Below are positions 1 through 8,095 of a stretch of DNA of 56,303 nt, piece by piece (the stretch's first letter is position 1; each line of letters begins with the position of its first letter). The DNA is from an uncultured Candidatus Saccharibacteria bacterium (GTDB lineage: Bacteria > Patescibacteriota > Minisyncoccia > Phycocordibacterales > UBA9973), in NCBI GenBank assembly GCA_964624665.1, contig CAZUZG010000003.1, forward strand, positions 1-56,303. Reading direction: 5' to 3'. Made by a program: the position numbers and the translations under genes. Below the pieces are notes generated by a model. It did no database searches. It saw only the letters and a list, made by a program, of their open reading frames with translations, and was not told where the DNA came from.

Positions 1-2
1 GG

Positions 3-230
3 AATGATTTAAAGCAAATACAAAAGCTTTATTTAGAAGATAAATATGAAGAAGCTTTGAGCTACGCTTCAAGCGTAGACACTATCGTCCGAGAACAAGT
101 CTCTCCGGATATATGGCTGGCAATGGGTGGTACGTTAACACCAAAAGGCTATGAAAGATTGGAAGAGTTAAAACAGAGCAGAGAAAAAGGGAAAGATATG
201 GGAGGCAGGGAAAGCTCATTAGATTTATGA
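3..230 (+). CDS. 5'-truncated hypothetical protein with basic C-terminal tail
   Basis: Open frame from window edge to TGA 228-230 (NDLKQIQKLYLEDKYEEAL...RLEELKQSREKGKDMGGRESSLDL); read by hand. Confidence 0.6.
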   Translation, partial: NDLKQIQKLYLEDKYEEALSYASSVDTIVREQVSPDIWLAMGGTLTPKGYERLEELKQSREKGKDMGGRESSLDL

Positions 231-264
231 ATCTTTCTTGTAAGGCATGATATACTGCTAATGC

Positions 265-552
265 ATGAAAAAAGATAGAGAAAAAACTTACCAAATTTTA
301 AAGGAGCTAAAAGGAATAATTCTATTGATTAGGAATGAACAAAAAAAAGAAGCAATTCAACTTTTCAAAGAATTAACCACAAAGTATTCAAGTTATATTC
401 TCGATAGCGAATCGAACTTAAAATTCATTTACTTTAAAATATCAGATTGTTTAATATATGATTTTACGGTTTTTTCTATCGAAGAAATTATTGATGAGTA
501 TAATACAATTATTTACAAAGAATTTAACAACGACAAAAATGTATTAATATAA
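265..552 (+). CDS. hypothetical protein
   Basis: 95 aa ORF, no recognised motif. Confidence 0.5.
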   Translation: MKKDREKTYQILKELKGIILLIRNEQKKEAIQLFKELTTKYSSYILDSESNLKFIYFKISDCLIYDFTVFSIEEIIDEYNTIIYKEFNNDKNVLI

Positions 553-591
553 AAGCCATAATTTCTTATGGCTTTTATATGCATTACATTC

Positions 592-813
592 TTATTGCTT
601 CTTGTAATCCTTGCCATACCATCCCTCCTCATGCTTATCAGGAGTTGTCTTTGAAAAAGTTGTTTCGTGTTTCCCTGACCCTTTATCTTCATCATCGTAA
701 GTGTATCTGGTGCTTCTTACAACATTGTCTGATGAATTAGTGGTATTAAATTTTGCGTTATCCGGTTCATCCTTATTTGAGGAAGAACCAAAGAGAGAAC
801 TAAAAATTCCCAT
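592..813 (-). CDS. small hypothetical protein (MGIFSSLFG N-terminus)
   Basis: GGAGGT Shine-Dalgarno before ATG 813; upstream TTGACA-17-TAACTT promoter. Confidence 0.65.
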   Translation of the reverse strand: MGIFSSLFGSSSNKDEPDNAKFNTTNSSDNVVRSTRYTYDDEDKGSGKHETTFSKTTPDKHEEGWYGKDYKKQ

Positions 814-851
814 GCTGACCTCCATTTTTAAAATGTGTGAATAATTAGGAG

Positions 852-880
852 AAGTTACAAAAAAAATCTGCTCGTGTCAA
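852..880 (-). promoter_or_regulatory. sigma70 promoter for 592..813
   Basis: TTGACA (880-875), 17 nt spacer, TAACTT (857-852). Confidence 0.5.
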
Positions 881-939
881 GTTGAAGTTTGGATCGCTTA
901 TTTTTTTAAAATCTCAACAAACTATGCTATAATTTTACG

Positions 940-1425
940 GTGCAAAACGAAACAAACTATGCTTTCATAGACGGACAGAATTTATATCTCGGCTCTTTGG
1001 ACGCGGGTGTTAAGTTGAACTACAAAAAATTCCGCACATACCTTAAAGACAAATACAATATTGAAAGAGCATACTTATTTATCGGCTATCTTCAAGGAAA
1101 CAGTGAATTATACAGCGAACTTCAGGAGCATGGCTTTCTTTTGAAATTCAAGCCAGTCTTGCAAGCCAAAGGAGGACAAAAACAGAAAGGGGATATAGAT
1201 GCCGACCTCGCTTTCAATGTCATGCTGTATTACAAGGAATATAATCGAGCGATTATTGTAACAGGCGACGGGGATTTTGATACACTTGTGAAATATCTCA
1301 GAAAGAAAGATAAATTAGTGGGAGTCATAAGCCCTAATAAAGACAAATGCTCCAGCCTATTAAAGAAAGCCGCCGCCGAAAAGATGCTTTATCTGCAGGA
1401 TGTTGGGAAAAAAGTATTGGACTAA
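940..1425 (+). CDS. NYN (LabA/DUF88, PIN-like) domain ribonuclease
   Basis: FIDGQN, KGDIDADL and TGDGDF acidic motifs; TGcTATAAT just upstream of GTG suggests a leaderless transcript. Confidence 0.9.
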   Translation: MQNETNYAFIDGQNLYLGSLDAGVKLNYKKFRTYLKDKYNIERAYLFIGYLQGNSELYSELQEHGFLLKFKPVLQAKGGQKQKGDIDADLAFNVMLYYKEYNRAIIVTGDGDFDTLVKYLRKKDKLVGVISPNKDKCSSLLKKAAAEKMLYLQDVGKKVLD

Positions 1426-1427
1426 AA

Positions 1428-1480
1428 TGAAAAAGCACCGCGAGGGACGAAACCCTTAGCAGTGCTTTTTCCTGGTGATA
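1428..1480 (-). ncRNA. putative small hairpin RNA convergent with NYN gene
   Basis: Stem AAAAAGCAC/GTGCTTTTT enclosing GAGGG-ACGAAA-CCCTT; minus-strand promoter TTGCAA(1514-1509)-17-TATACT(1491-1486). Confidence 0.45.
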
Positions 1481-1615
1481 CGATCAGTATATTATAGGCA
1501 AGATAAAATTGCAAGCCTTTGATGATCTAAGGATAACATATTTTAATTTGAGGCTTTAAAATTTATATAGAACTTTGCGTTGTTTTTAGCACCTAACTTT
1601 TTAAAATAACATTTC

Positions 1616-2086
1616 ATGAATCCGATACAGATAGCTTTACAGGAAATGCGTGGTATAGATTTTTCACGCATGATTTTAGCAATGGTAAATAAAGAGGGGG
1701 GGAATTATAAAGAGGCATTTATTGCCACAATGGCTCAAATATTAGCTTCACGCAGAACCAGCCAATCAATAGAAGTTAATGGTATTAACTATCGGATAAA
1801 ACACTATTCGACAATTCAACAGCACAACCCAGCTATAATTAGCGATCTAATAGGCAACGGGCTGAATGAGAATTACAAAACTATACAGCTACTGACACAC
1901 TTTCCATCTAAGGAAATCAATGGCAATTACACTCTTTCTTCTGTTTCAACTTATCAAAATTTTCTAGCGAATAGATTTGTTAATTATAATCATTACCGCA
2001 ATCATACAATTGCAAACATTGTTTGCGCAGAAAATGAAACAACGCGGAGCAATGGAGATATTATTCGTTTAAGCGCGTTTGCATAA
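1616..2086 (+). CDS. hypothetical protein
   Basis: 156 aa ORF. Confidence 0.6.
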   Translation: MNPIQIALQEMRGIDFSRMILAMVNKEGGNYKEAFIATMAQILASRRTSQSIEVNGINYRIKHYSTIQQHNPAIISDLIGNGLNENYKTIQLLTHFPSKEINGNYTLSSVSTYQNFLANRFVNYNHYRNHTIANIVCAENETTRSNGDIIRLSAFA

Positions 2087-2112
2087 AAGTCAAAGCAAAA
2101 ATGATTATGTAT

Positions 2113-2445
2113 TTATACATTCCAGTAAGAAACCGCTATTTGGTTTTCAGAAGTATCTAAACCAATTCCTCTATAAATCAATGTGCCATTTTCAGTTCTT
2201 CCTGCTCTCCATTCAAATTCATATATATTGTTTGCCGACCTGATAATCAATATACATTCTGTCAAATCCAAACTATTATTTTCAAAAAAAGCACAGTTAT
2301 ATGTTCCCGTTACTGAATCTGTCCTACCATCTCTTTTTATGGCCATTTCCGTATATATTCTATTGTCGCCTCTATTTGCCCATTGAGCCATAAGATTTCC
2401 ACCTGTCTGTATTTGATACACAATAATTCCGTTTACTTCGTTCAT
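2113..2445 (-). CDS. hypothetical beta-strand-rich protein
   Basis: 110 aa ORF with alternating beta pattern. Confidence 0.65.
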   Translation of the reverse strand: MNEVNGIIVYQIQTGGNLMAQWANRGDNRIYTEMAIKRDGRTDSVTGTYNCAFFENNSLDLTECILIIRSANNIYEFEWRAGRTENGTLIYRGIGLDTSENQIAVSYWNV

Positions 2446-2467
2446 TAGTTCTATTTTTAATTCTTAA

Positions 2468-2839
2468 TTATTTACCCTCAAACAACTCCTCCAAATCCAT
2501 TATATAAAAATTCCGCTTTATTATGCTCCTGCACAACGACCCCATAACAGCCAAAACTATGCTGATCACAAAAAACAGAATACCGATGATTCCTTGTAAT
2601 ATAAATACAACCTGACTCAAAGCTTCTTTTGGGGTATTAATTTCCTTAAATATGATTTTAAATATATAAACTTCGCTTGCGCTTGATACAACAAAAGCCA
2701 CGCCTGCCAGAAAAAGAATCATTGCAACTATTCGGGCAATCCACCCCAAAGGGCCATATATAGTGGTAACTCTAATTATGCTCGGTCTTTCCTTGCGCAG
2801 TTGCTCAAACTTGATTTTCGCCGTTTCAAATTTATCCAT
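2468..2839 (-). CDS. two-TM membrane protein
   Basis: Two long hydrophobic segments. Confidence 0.7.
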   Translation of the reverse strand: MDKFETAKIKFEQLRKERPSIIRVTTIYGPLGWIARIVAMILFLAGVAFVVSSASEVYIFKIIFKEINTPKEALSQVVFILQGIIGILFFVISIVLAVMGSLCRSIIKRNFYIMDLEELFEGK

Positions 2840-2906
2840 CGTTATAAATATTTAAAGGCAAGATACGAAAGAAGTTTTTTAAATTAGGGTATGTAAAATC
2901 AATGTT

Positions 2907-3074
2907 ATGAGCGCAACTCAAAAAGAAAAAGTAGAATCCATAAAAATAACTGTAACATATGCCACTTCATTAGGTCGGGGATCGAATGATTTTAATAACT
3001 TGAAAGAATTAAAAACTTGGTTAGATAAACACCCGCTTTTTGCCGAAGCATTAGGTTATACGAAAAAGAAATAG
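2907..3074 (+). CDS. small hypothetical protein (55 aa)
   Basis: Hand-read ORF MSATQKEKVESIKITVTY...LFAEALGYTKKK followed by hairpin 3081-3107. Confidence 0.5.
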   Translation: MSATQKEKVESIKITVTYATSLGRGSNDFNNLKELKTWLDKHPLFAEALGYTKKK

Positions 3075-3080
3075 TTGCAT

Positions 3081-3107
3081 AAAAAAACCGTCCATTGGAC
3101 GGCTTTG
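3081..3107. terminator. bidirectional intrinsic terminator
   Basis: AAAAAAA-CCGTCC-att-GGACGG-CTTT between convergent genes. Confidence 0.6.
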
Positions 3108-3130
3108 CAAATCGAAAGAAAAAACAAGCA

Positions 3131-4273
3131 TTAAGCTCTCTCAACCATTTTCTTGAGCAAAGCAATGACCTCGCCCAAATGCTCAGTTTTCTCAACAACA
3201 ACAGTACAGCATTCGCCGCCCCAAAACTTCTGCACGCTGTCCTTATGCAACAATATTTTGTTATGCTTAATCATCTTCTGCGTTTCCGCAATCGGATTAA
3301 GCATGACAATGGAAAGGCTGTTTTTCTTAATCTGAATAACCGTTATCTTCCGAACCTTGTGGATTGATACATAGTAGTTGGTTGAATTAAACTCAAGCCC
3401 TTTGTCTGCTTTCAACAACTCCGCTTTAATCTTACCGTAAATCTCTTTCACGACATTCGATGCTTTTGCCAGGTGTTCCGGTTCAGTCAATTTCGGCAAA
3501 TCTTTCCGGCTCTCTTTTTCTCTTAACGGTTTCTCAGGAATCGTTATCTCATCAAACTTCGGCTGGAACGTTATCATCATCTCATTTTTCACCGCATATC
3601 TTTTTACGATAATTTGATTTGTCATGCGCCCCCAGGTCTCAGGATAATTTTGCTTTAGAGGAGCCAGCTCTTCCATATCATTATCGGAGATAAATATGAT
3701 AGAGGGCCTGTTCCGCATAGCAATGGTTAACTGCGACAGGATTTCCTCAGTCGATTTCGCTTCAAACTTCTGTTTTAGCTCCTTGTATTTCGTTACCTGA
3801 TTAAGAACTTTCTGAACGATCTGATTTTGATTTTCAGGATTATGCAAAAAGCTGAACACCGGCGTCATCTCATAGAAGATTTGCAAGAGCCTTGTTTTTG
3901 AAAACAGGATTTTCAAGAGATAGAACCTCGGTATTTGCATTTCCGCAAAATGAAATATGAAAGCGTCGGCCACAAAGCCGTTTGAAAAATTAATGCCTGT
4001 CGATTTTTCAAATGTAACGACAAGGGCGAAGTCGCCGAAAATGACACCGAAGTTTTTAAAGACCAATTGCCGGAGCTCATCTTCATTTTGAAACTTCCGT
4101 TCATATGCAGGCGGCTGTTCCTTGTCCGGCAAGTGTAATACATTTCCTTTCAGAACATACGCATCGCTCAAATCAGGGAAGACCGGCTGTTCCTTTCCGT
4201 TTAAGTTATTGTTGATTGGTTTAACTGCTTTCTTTGCTTGTTTTTTCTTTGGTAAAGAACCTTGTTTTTTCAT
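3131..4273 (-). CDS. degenerate PD-(D/E)XK-like N-domain fused to DUF5655-like C-domain
   Basis: FQNEDEL..IFG..ADAFIF N-terminal pattern; EHL..S..VKEIYGKIK...NYYVS...IQIKK C-terminal pattern. Confidence 0.6.
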   Translation of the reverse strand: MKKQGSLPKKKQAKKAVKPINNNLNGKEQPVFPDLSDAYVLKGNVLHLPDKEQPPAYERKFQNEDELRQLVFKNFGVIFGDFALVVTFEKSTGINFSNGFVADAFIFHFAEMQIPRFYLLKILFSKTRLLQIFYEMTPVFSFLHNPENQNQIVQKVLNQVTKYKELKQKFEAKSTEEILSQLTIAMRNRPSIIFISDNDMEELAPLKQNYPETWGRMTNQIIVKRYAVKNEMMITFQPKFDEITIPEKPLREKESRKDLPKLTEPEHLAKASNVVKEIYGKIKAELLKADKGLEFNSTNYYVSIHKVRKITVIQIKKNSLSIVMLNPIAETQKMIKHNKILLHKDSVQKFWGGECCTVVVEKTEHLGEVIALLKKMVERA

Positions 4274-4358
4274 GATTTCTGAGGTTTAAGGGTTATGAAA
4301 ATTATTTCCGTCCGGAGTGTAACTCCGGCTTAAACCGAAGTCAAAAAAAAGTGGGGAT

Positions 4359-4387
4359 AAAAAAAGCCCGACAATTGCCGGGCTTTG
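4359..4387 (-). terminator. intrinsic terminator of symE-like gene
   Basis: AAAAAAGCCCG-acaattgc-CGGGCTTT. Confidence 0.6.
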
Positions 4388-4391
4388 TAGT

Positions 4392-4613
4392 TTAAGGTAT
4401 TGTTTGTAATACCTTTTTAATGAATATTTTACCCCTGCCAATGGAAACCTCAATCTTATCTTTCACATTGAAACCTGCTTGCAACAGGTATTTCCCATGA
4501 AGCCGGACAAAAGGGAAGTAATAGCGGTCAGTGCCGTCCTTGCTTCCGGCTGATACCGTTAAGATTCGTTTTCGTGTTTTAGCCGGGCTAATTTTTTCTT
4601 CTATTGTTTCCAT
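4392..4613 (-). CDS. symE: SymE family type I toxin (AbrB fold)
   Basis: PFVRLHGKYLLQAGFNVKDKIEVSIGRGKIFI matches the SymE signature; start placed at METIEE. Confidence 0.75.
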   Translation of the reverse strand: METIEEKISPAKTRKRILTVSAGSKDGTDRYYFPFVRLHGKYLLQAGFNVKDKIEVSIGRGKIFIKKVLQTIP

Positions 4614-4831
4614 GCATAAGGTTTTTGTGAATGAACTTTTTCCGTGTGCAGGATAACTCAGGGTGGAATATATGCAAGCCGGGAGGAGTGGATATCTCAA
4701 AAGCATCGCTGATATTGGATTATCGGCCTTTGATTAGAATGGATATAAATAAGAAAATTTCAGAAACTTTAATTTGCGAACTGACGTTAAAATAACTTAA
4801 TTCACATAAGCAAATAAATAATCCGCTTGAC

Positions 4832-7522
4832 ATGAAAAATCTTGCCTCATCAATAACCAGACTGTCCTTAGTGATTTTAATTCTTGGAATAAGTATAAAT
4901 TCATTCGCCCAAAGCGGACAGAAATATTCAACAAGCGGAAATGCTTTAGCTGAGGGTGATAAAATAGGAAGCACCAATAACCAGCCCGTAAGTATTATTA
5001 CCAACAATCAGGAAGCGGTAAAAATATTATCCGACGGCAGGACATTATTCAGAAAAGATATAACGGTAGAAGGAGAGTTAAAGGTAGCAAGTTTGGCAGG
5101 GAACGGATTTCGTTTAATAAGCCCGGACAACAACGGATTATTTACCAGCTTTAATTTTAGCAACGATGCTGGCGATGTGCTGCTTGGCAATGGAACCTTC
5201 GGCAATTTTAATAACATGGCCGATGCGCGTATTACAAATTTCTTTAACGGCTTATCAACACAAATAACACTCGGCAACGGAACATTTACAGACGGGACAG
5301 CATTTTTACAGCAAGGTATCAGCAGTTATTTCACCGGAGCATCTAATCAGGTAGTGAACGGACAAGGGGCTTTTGCCGATTTTTCCGATATGCTCGAAAC
5401 AGGTCTGCATGATTTCGGCTTGTATTACAGCAATGGCAATTTAGGAGTTGGCACAGCCTCTCCAACCAGCACTCTTGATGTTTCAGGCGATTTAACCGTA
5501 CATGGAAGAATCTTTTTAGTAGAAGGAAAAACAAAAAGCGAGCAGGTTGAAACAGAAGAAGTATTAACGAAGGATGTTAAAGCCACTTCAAGAGTGAGCG
5601 CCCGCACCCTTGAATCAGAGGAATTAAGCAGCGCAAGTATCGTTACAGATTACATACGCCCCGAAGTAATCCAAATGGATTCGCAAACAAAAATAATGGG
5701 CGAAACCAATGTTGAGGGCGAAGTAAACGTAAGCGAAACAATGACAATTGGCCGGACATTGTATGCTATGGAAGAAGAACAACCGCAGCAACCCATACCA
5801 CCTGCCACCCCGCCAACCTTTCGCCTGAGTGTATTCGGAGGAACAAGCATAACAGGTAACGCATACATAACAGATAAATTAGGGCTTGGAATTGAATCGC
5901 CAACCGAGAAGCTTGATGTGTTCGGAAATGCAAAACTAAGCGGAAACATGACTATTGGCGGAAACCTGAATCTGACAAACGTACCAAACCTAAACGAAAC
6001 CGATGTCGCATATAACTTAGTGGTAAATAATGACGGGACAGTTTACAGGAAAATAGAAAATGAACAACAGGCTGTAAACGATCCGTGGGTGCTTGGAGGC
6101 AACAGTAATATAAGCGATGTAGATAATGAATATCTTGGGACAAAGGATTATTTTGATTTGGTGATGAAAACAAACAGCGCGGAACGTATGCGTATTTCTA
6201 AAGATGGGAATATCGGAATTGGCACATCTTCTCCAAACCACACATTGCATTTAGCCGGAGGCAATTTATGGCCGGTTAGCTTTGCAATAGAAAACAAAGA
6301 ACTTGCAACCGATAATAACTTAATAAGAATAACTGCGGAAAAAGAGCATTCTATTATCCAGTCAAAAGGTGATATTTTAATTAACTATTATAACGGCGGA
6401 GGCACTAATGTTTTGCTGGGTGGAGGATATAACGGTACAGAACAGCGAGTTAATTTAGGCGTAACCGGAAAAGCTACGATTGGTAACGGGACTGATTTTA
6501 TAGATTTCTTTAATCTTAACAACGACCCAAATGTAGAAGGGCCAAATGGCAATATAGTTCAGGTTAACGCACCACTTGATGCGCAAATAAATATCAGAAG
6601 TAACTACAATACTGGTGTATTAAGTGATATAACCTACTTCGATAATGTAAATCAACAAATTGCGCCTACTTCATATAGAGCGGTAGCAAAAGAAGATGAA
6701 TATTTTTTTGATGGTCAATTGTATCCCCCAACAGCGGGGCAATATGTGGCCAATACAACATTTTCCGTAAAAAGCAATGGAGATATATTTAGCGCAGGAA
6801 AAATAAATGCAGCGGGAATTATTGATGCAGCAGGTTTTAAAGTGAACGGACAAGACCTTGCTACAAGTTTTGGTCAATGGACTACAAGCAACACAAATAT
6901 TTATTACAATACAGGCAATGTAGGCATTGGTGTTGCCGCTCCCACAACCAAACTACATGTTAATGGCACAATAACAATAGATGCGGATAATACACCAAGC
7001 CTAACCACAACCGGTTGGCGTGCAGCAATAAAAACCCCGATGGGTAATATATGGCAATCTACCGTTACTGATAGTCAAACCGGTAAATACCTGGGCTTCG
7101 GTGTTACCAATGGCGGCTTTTATATGATTAAATCCGATGCACAGGTAGGCGGTAATTACAGTTATCCATTCGAGTACAAATTCAACAACGACCCCAATCA
7201 GCAACAGCTAAAAGTGCGCGGAACAGTTGTAACCAATGAAGTATTAATAGTTACAGGCGACAATGGCGATAATACCTGGGCCGATTATGTGTTTGATGCT
7301 GATTATAAATTGCCAAGCATTGCCGAAACTGAAAAGTATTTTAAAGAGCACCATCACTTAAAAGGTGTGCCATCTGCAAAAGAAGTGGAGAAAGGGCTTA
7401 AACTATCCGAAATGCAAAAAGCACAAATGGAAAAAATTGAGGAAATGATGTTATACATTGTGCAGCTGAAAGAAGAGAACAAGCAATTAAGCGAACGTTT
7501 AAATAAGCTTGAGCATAAATAA
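4832..7522 (+). CDS. secreted trimeric fibre/adhesin with C-terminal S74-like intramolecular chaperone
   Basis: Signal peptide; four GNxGIGTxxP..L.V.G repeats; C-terminal WADYVF..YKL...HHHLKGVPSA.EV...EKIEEMMLY coiled coil typical of Bacteroidota. Confidence 0.85.
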   Translation: MKNLASSITRLSLVILILGISINSFAQSGQKYSTSGNALAEGDKIGSTNNQPVSIITNNQEAVKILSDGRTLFRKDITVEGELKVASLAGNGFRLISPDNNGLFTSFNFSNDAGDVLLGNGTFGNFNNMADARITNFFNGLSTQITLGNGTFTDGTAFLQQGISSYFTGASNQVVNGQGAFADFSDMLETGLHDFGLYYSNGNLGVGTASPTSTLDVSGDLTVHGRIFLVEGKTKSEQVETEEVLTKDVKATSRVSARTLESEELSSASIVTDYIRPEVIQMDSQTKIMGETNVEGEVNVSETMTIGRTLYAMEEEQPQQPIPPATPPTFRLSVFGGTSITGNAYITDKLGLGIESPTEKLDVFGNAKLSGNMTIGGNLNLTNVPNLNETDVAYNLVVNNDGTVYRKIENEQQAVNDPWVLGGNSNISDVDNEYLGTKDYFDLVMKTNSAERMRISKDGNIGIGTSSPNHTLHLAGGNLWPVSFAIENKELATDNNLIRITAEKEHSIIQSKGDILINYYNGGGTNVLLGGGYNGTEQRVNLGVTGKATIGNGTDFIDFFNLNNDPNVEGPNGNIVQVNAPLDAQINIRSNYNTGVLSDITYFDNVNQQIAPTSYRAVAKEDEYFFDGQLYPPTAGQYVANTTFSVKSNGDIFSAGKINAAGIIDAAGFKVNGQDLATSFGQWTTSNTNIYYNTGNVGIGVAAPTTKLHVNGTITIDADNTPSLTTTGWRAAIKTPMGNIWQSTVTDSQTGKYLGFGVTNGGFYMIKSDAQVGGNYSYPFEYKFNNDPNQQQLKVRGTVVTNEVLIVTGDNGDNTWADYVFDADYKLPSIAETEKYFKEHHHLKGVPSAKEVEKGLKLSEMQKAQMEKIEEMMLYIVQLKEENKQLSERLNKLEHK

Positions 7523-7549
7523 ATTTGGTTATTAACAACATCATCAGAC

Positions 7550-8095
7550 ATGAAACAGTTTTTTTTATTACTACTTATTTCTATAAGCCTTGCGGCTTGT
7601 ACAAAGGACAATCGTTACGAAGAAGACCCCTGGACCCCCTTCGGACATGATGCTACAAGGCACCTTAGAGAGACCCACTGGCAGGTAATACAATTATGGG
7701 TAGATGGCATAGACAGTACCGCCCAGATTATGTGCGATACCTGTCATTATTTTGATGAGTATCGCTTTTACGACCCGCCTCCCTATAAAGATTGGTACTA
7801 CAGACCATGGTCAGGGGGAGCGGCTTTTTATAAGAATAAATTAATTTACAGATTCTCGTGGAAGGTTGAGAGCCACGATATGCTCTGGTTGTACGCGAAT
7901 AAATTTGCTAACAATATATATGAACACGGTGCTTTTCATCAGTTTACTTCTGAACCGGATTATTCTCACCCCACAGTAATCAATAACTATATGCCTGCCT
8001 GGAAAATTAAAAAATTCTCACGTGGCGATCTTAAAATAGAAATGAGTTATATGGGTCACACATACATACAACTATGGAAAGAAATAAAAAAATAG
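7550..8095 (+). CDS. lipoprotein, lipocalin-like
   Basis: Lipobox ISLAAC; W..W.V.G.DST pattern. Confidence 0.75.
   Translation: MKQFFLLLLISISLAACTKDNRYEEDPWTPFGHDATRHLRETHWQVIQLWVDGIDSTAQIMCDTCHYFDEYRFYDPPPYKDWYYRPWSGGAAFYKNKLIYRFSWKVESHDMLWLYANKFANNIYEHGAFHQFTSEPDYSHPTVINNYMPAWKIKKFSRGDLKIEMSYMGHTYIQLWKEIKK

Noticed and set aside
1440-1480. Hammerhead ribozyme suggested by GGACGAAAC
   Set aside because: No properly placed CUGANGA core or three-stem junction; GAAA lies in a simple hairpin loop
4832-7522. Prophage tail fibre or prophage
   Set aside because: Has a Sec signal peptide and there are no capsid, terminase or tail genes nearby
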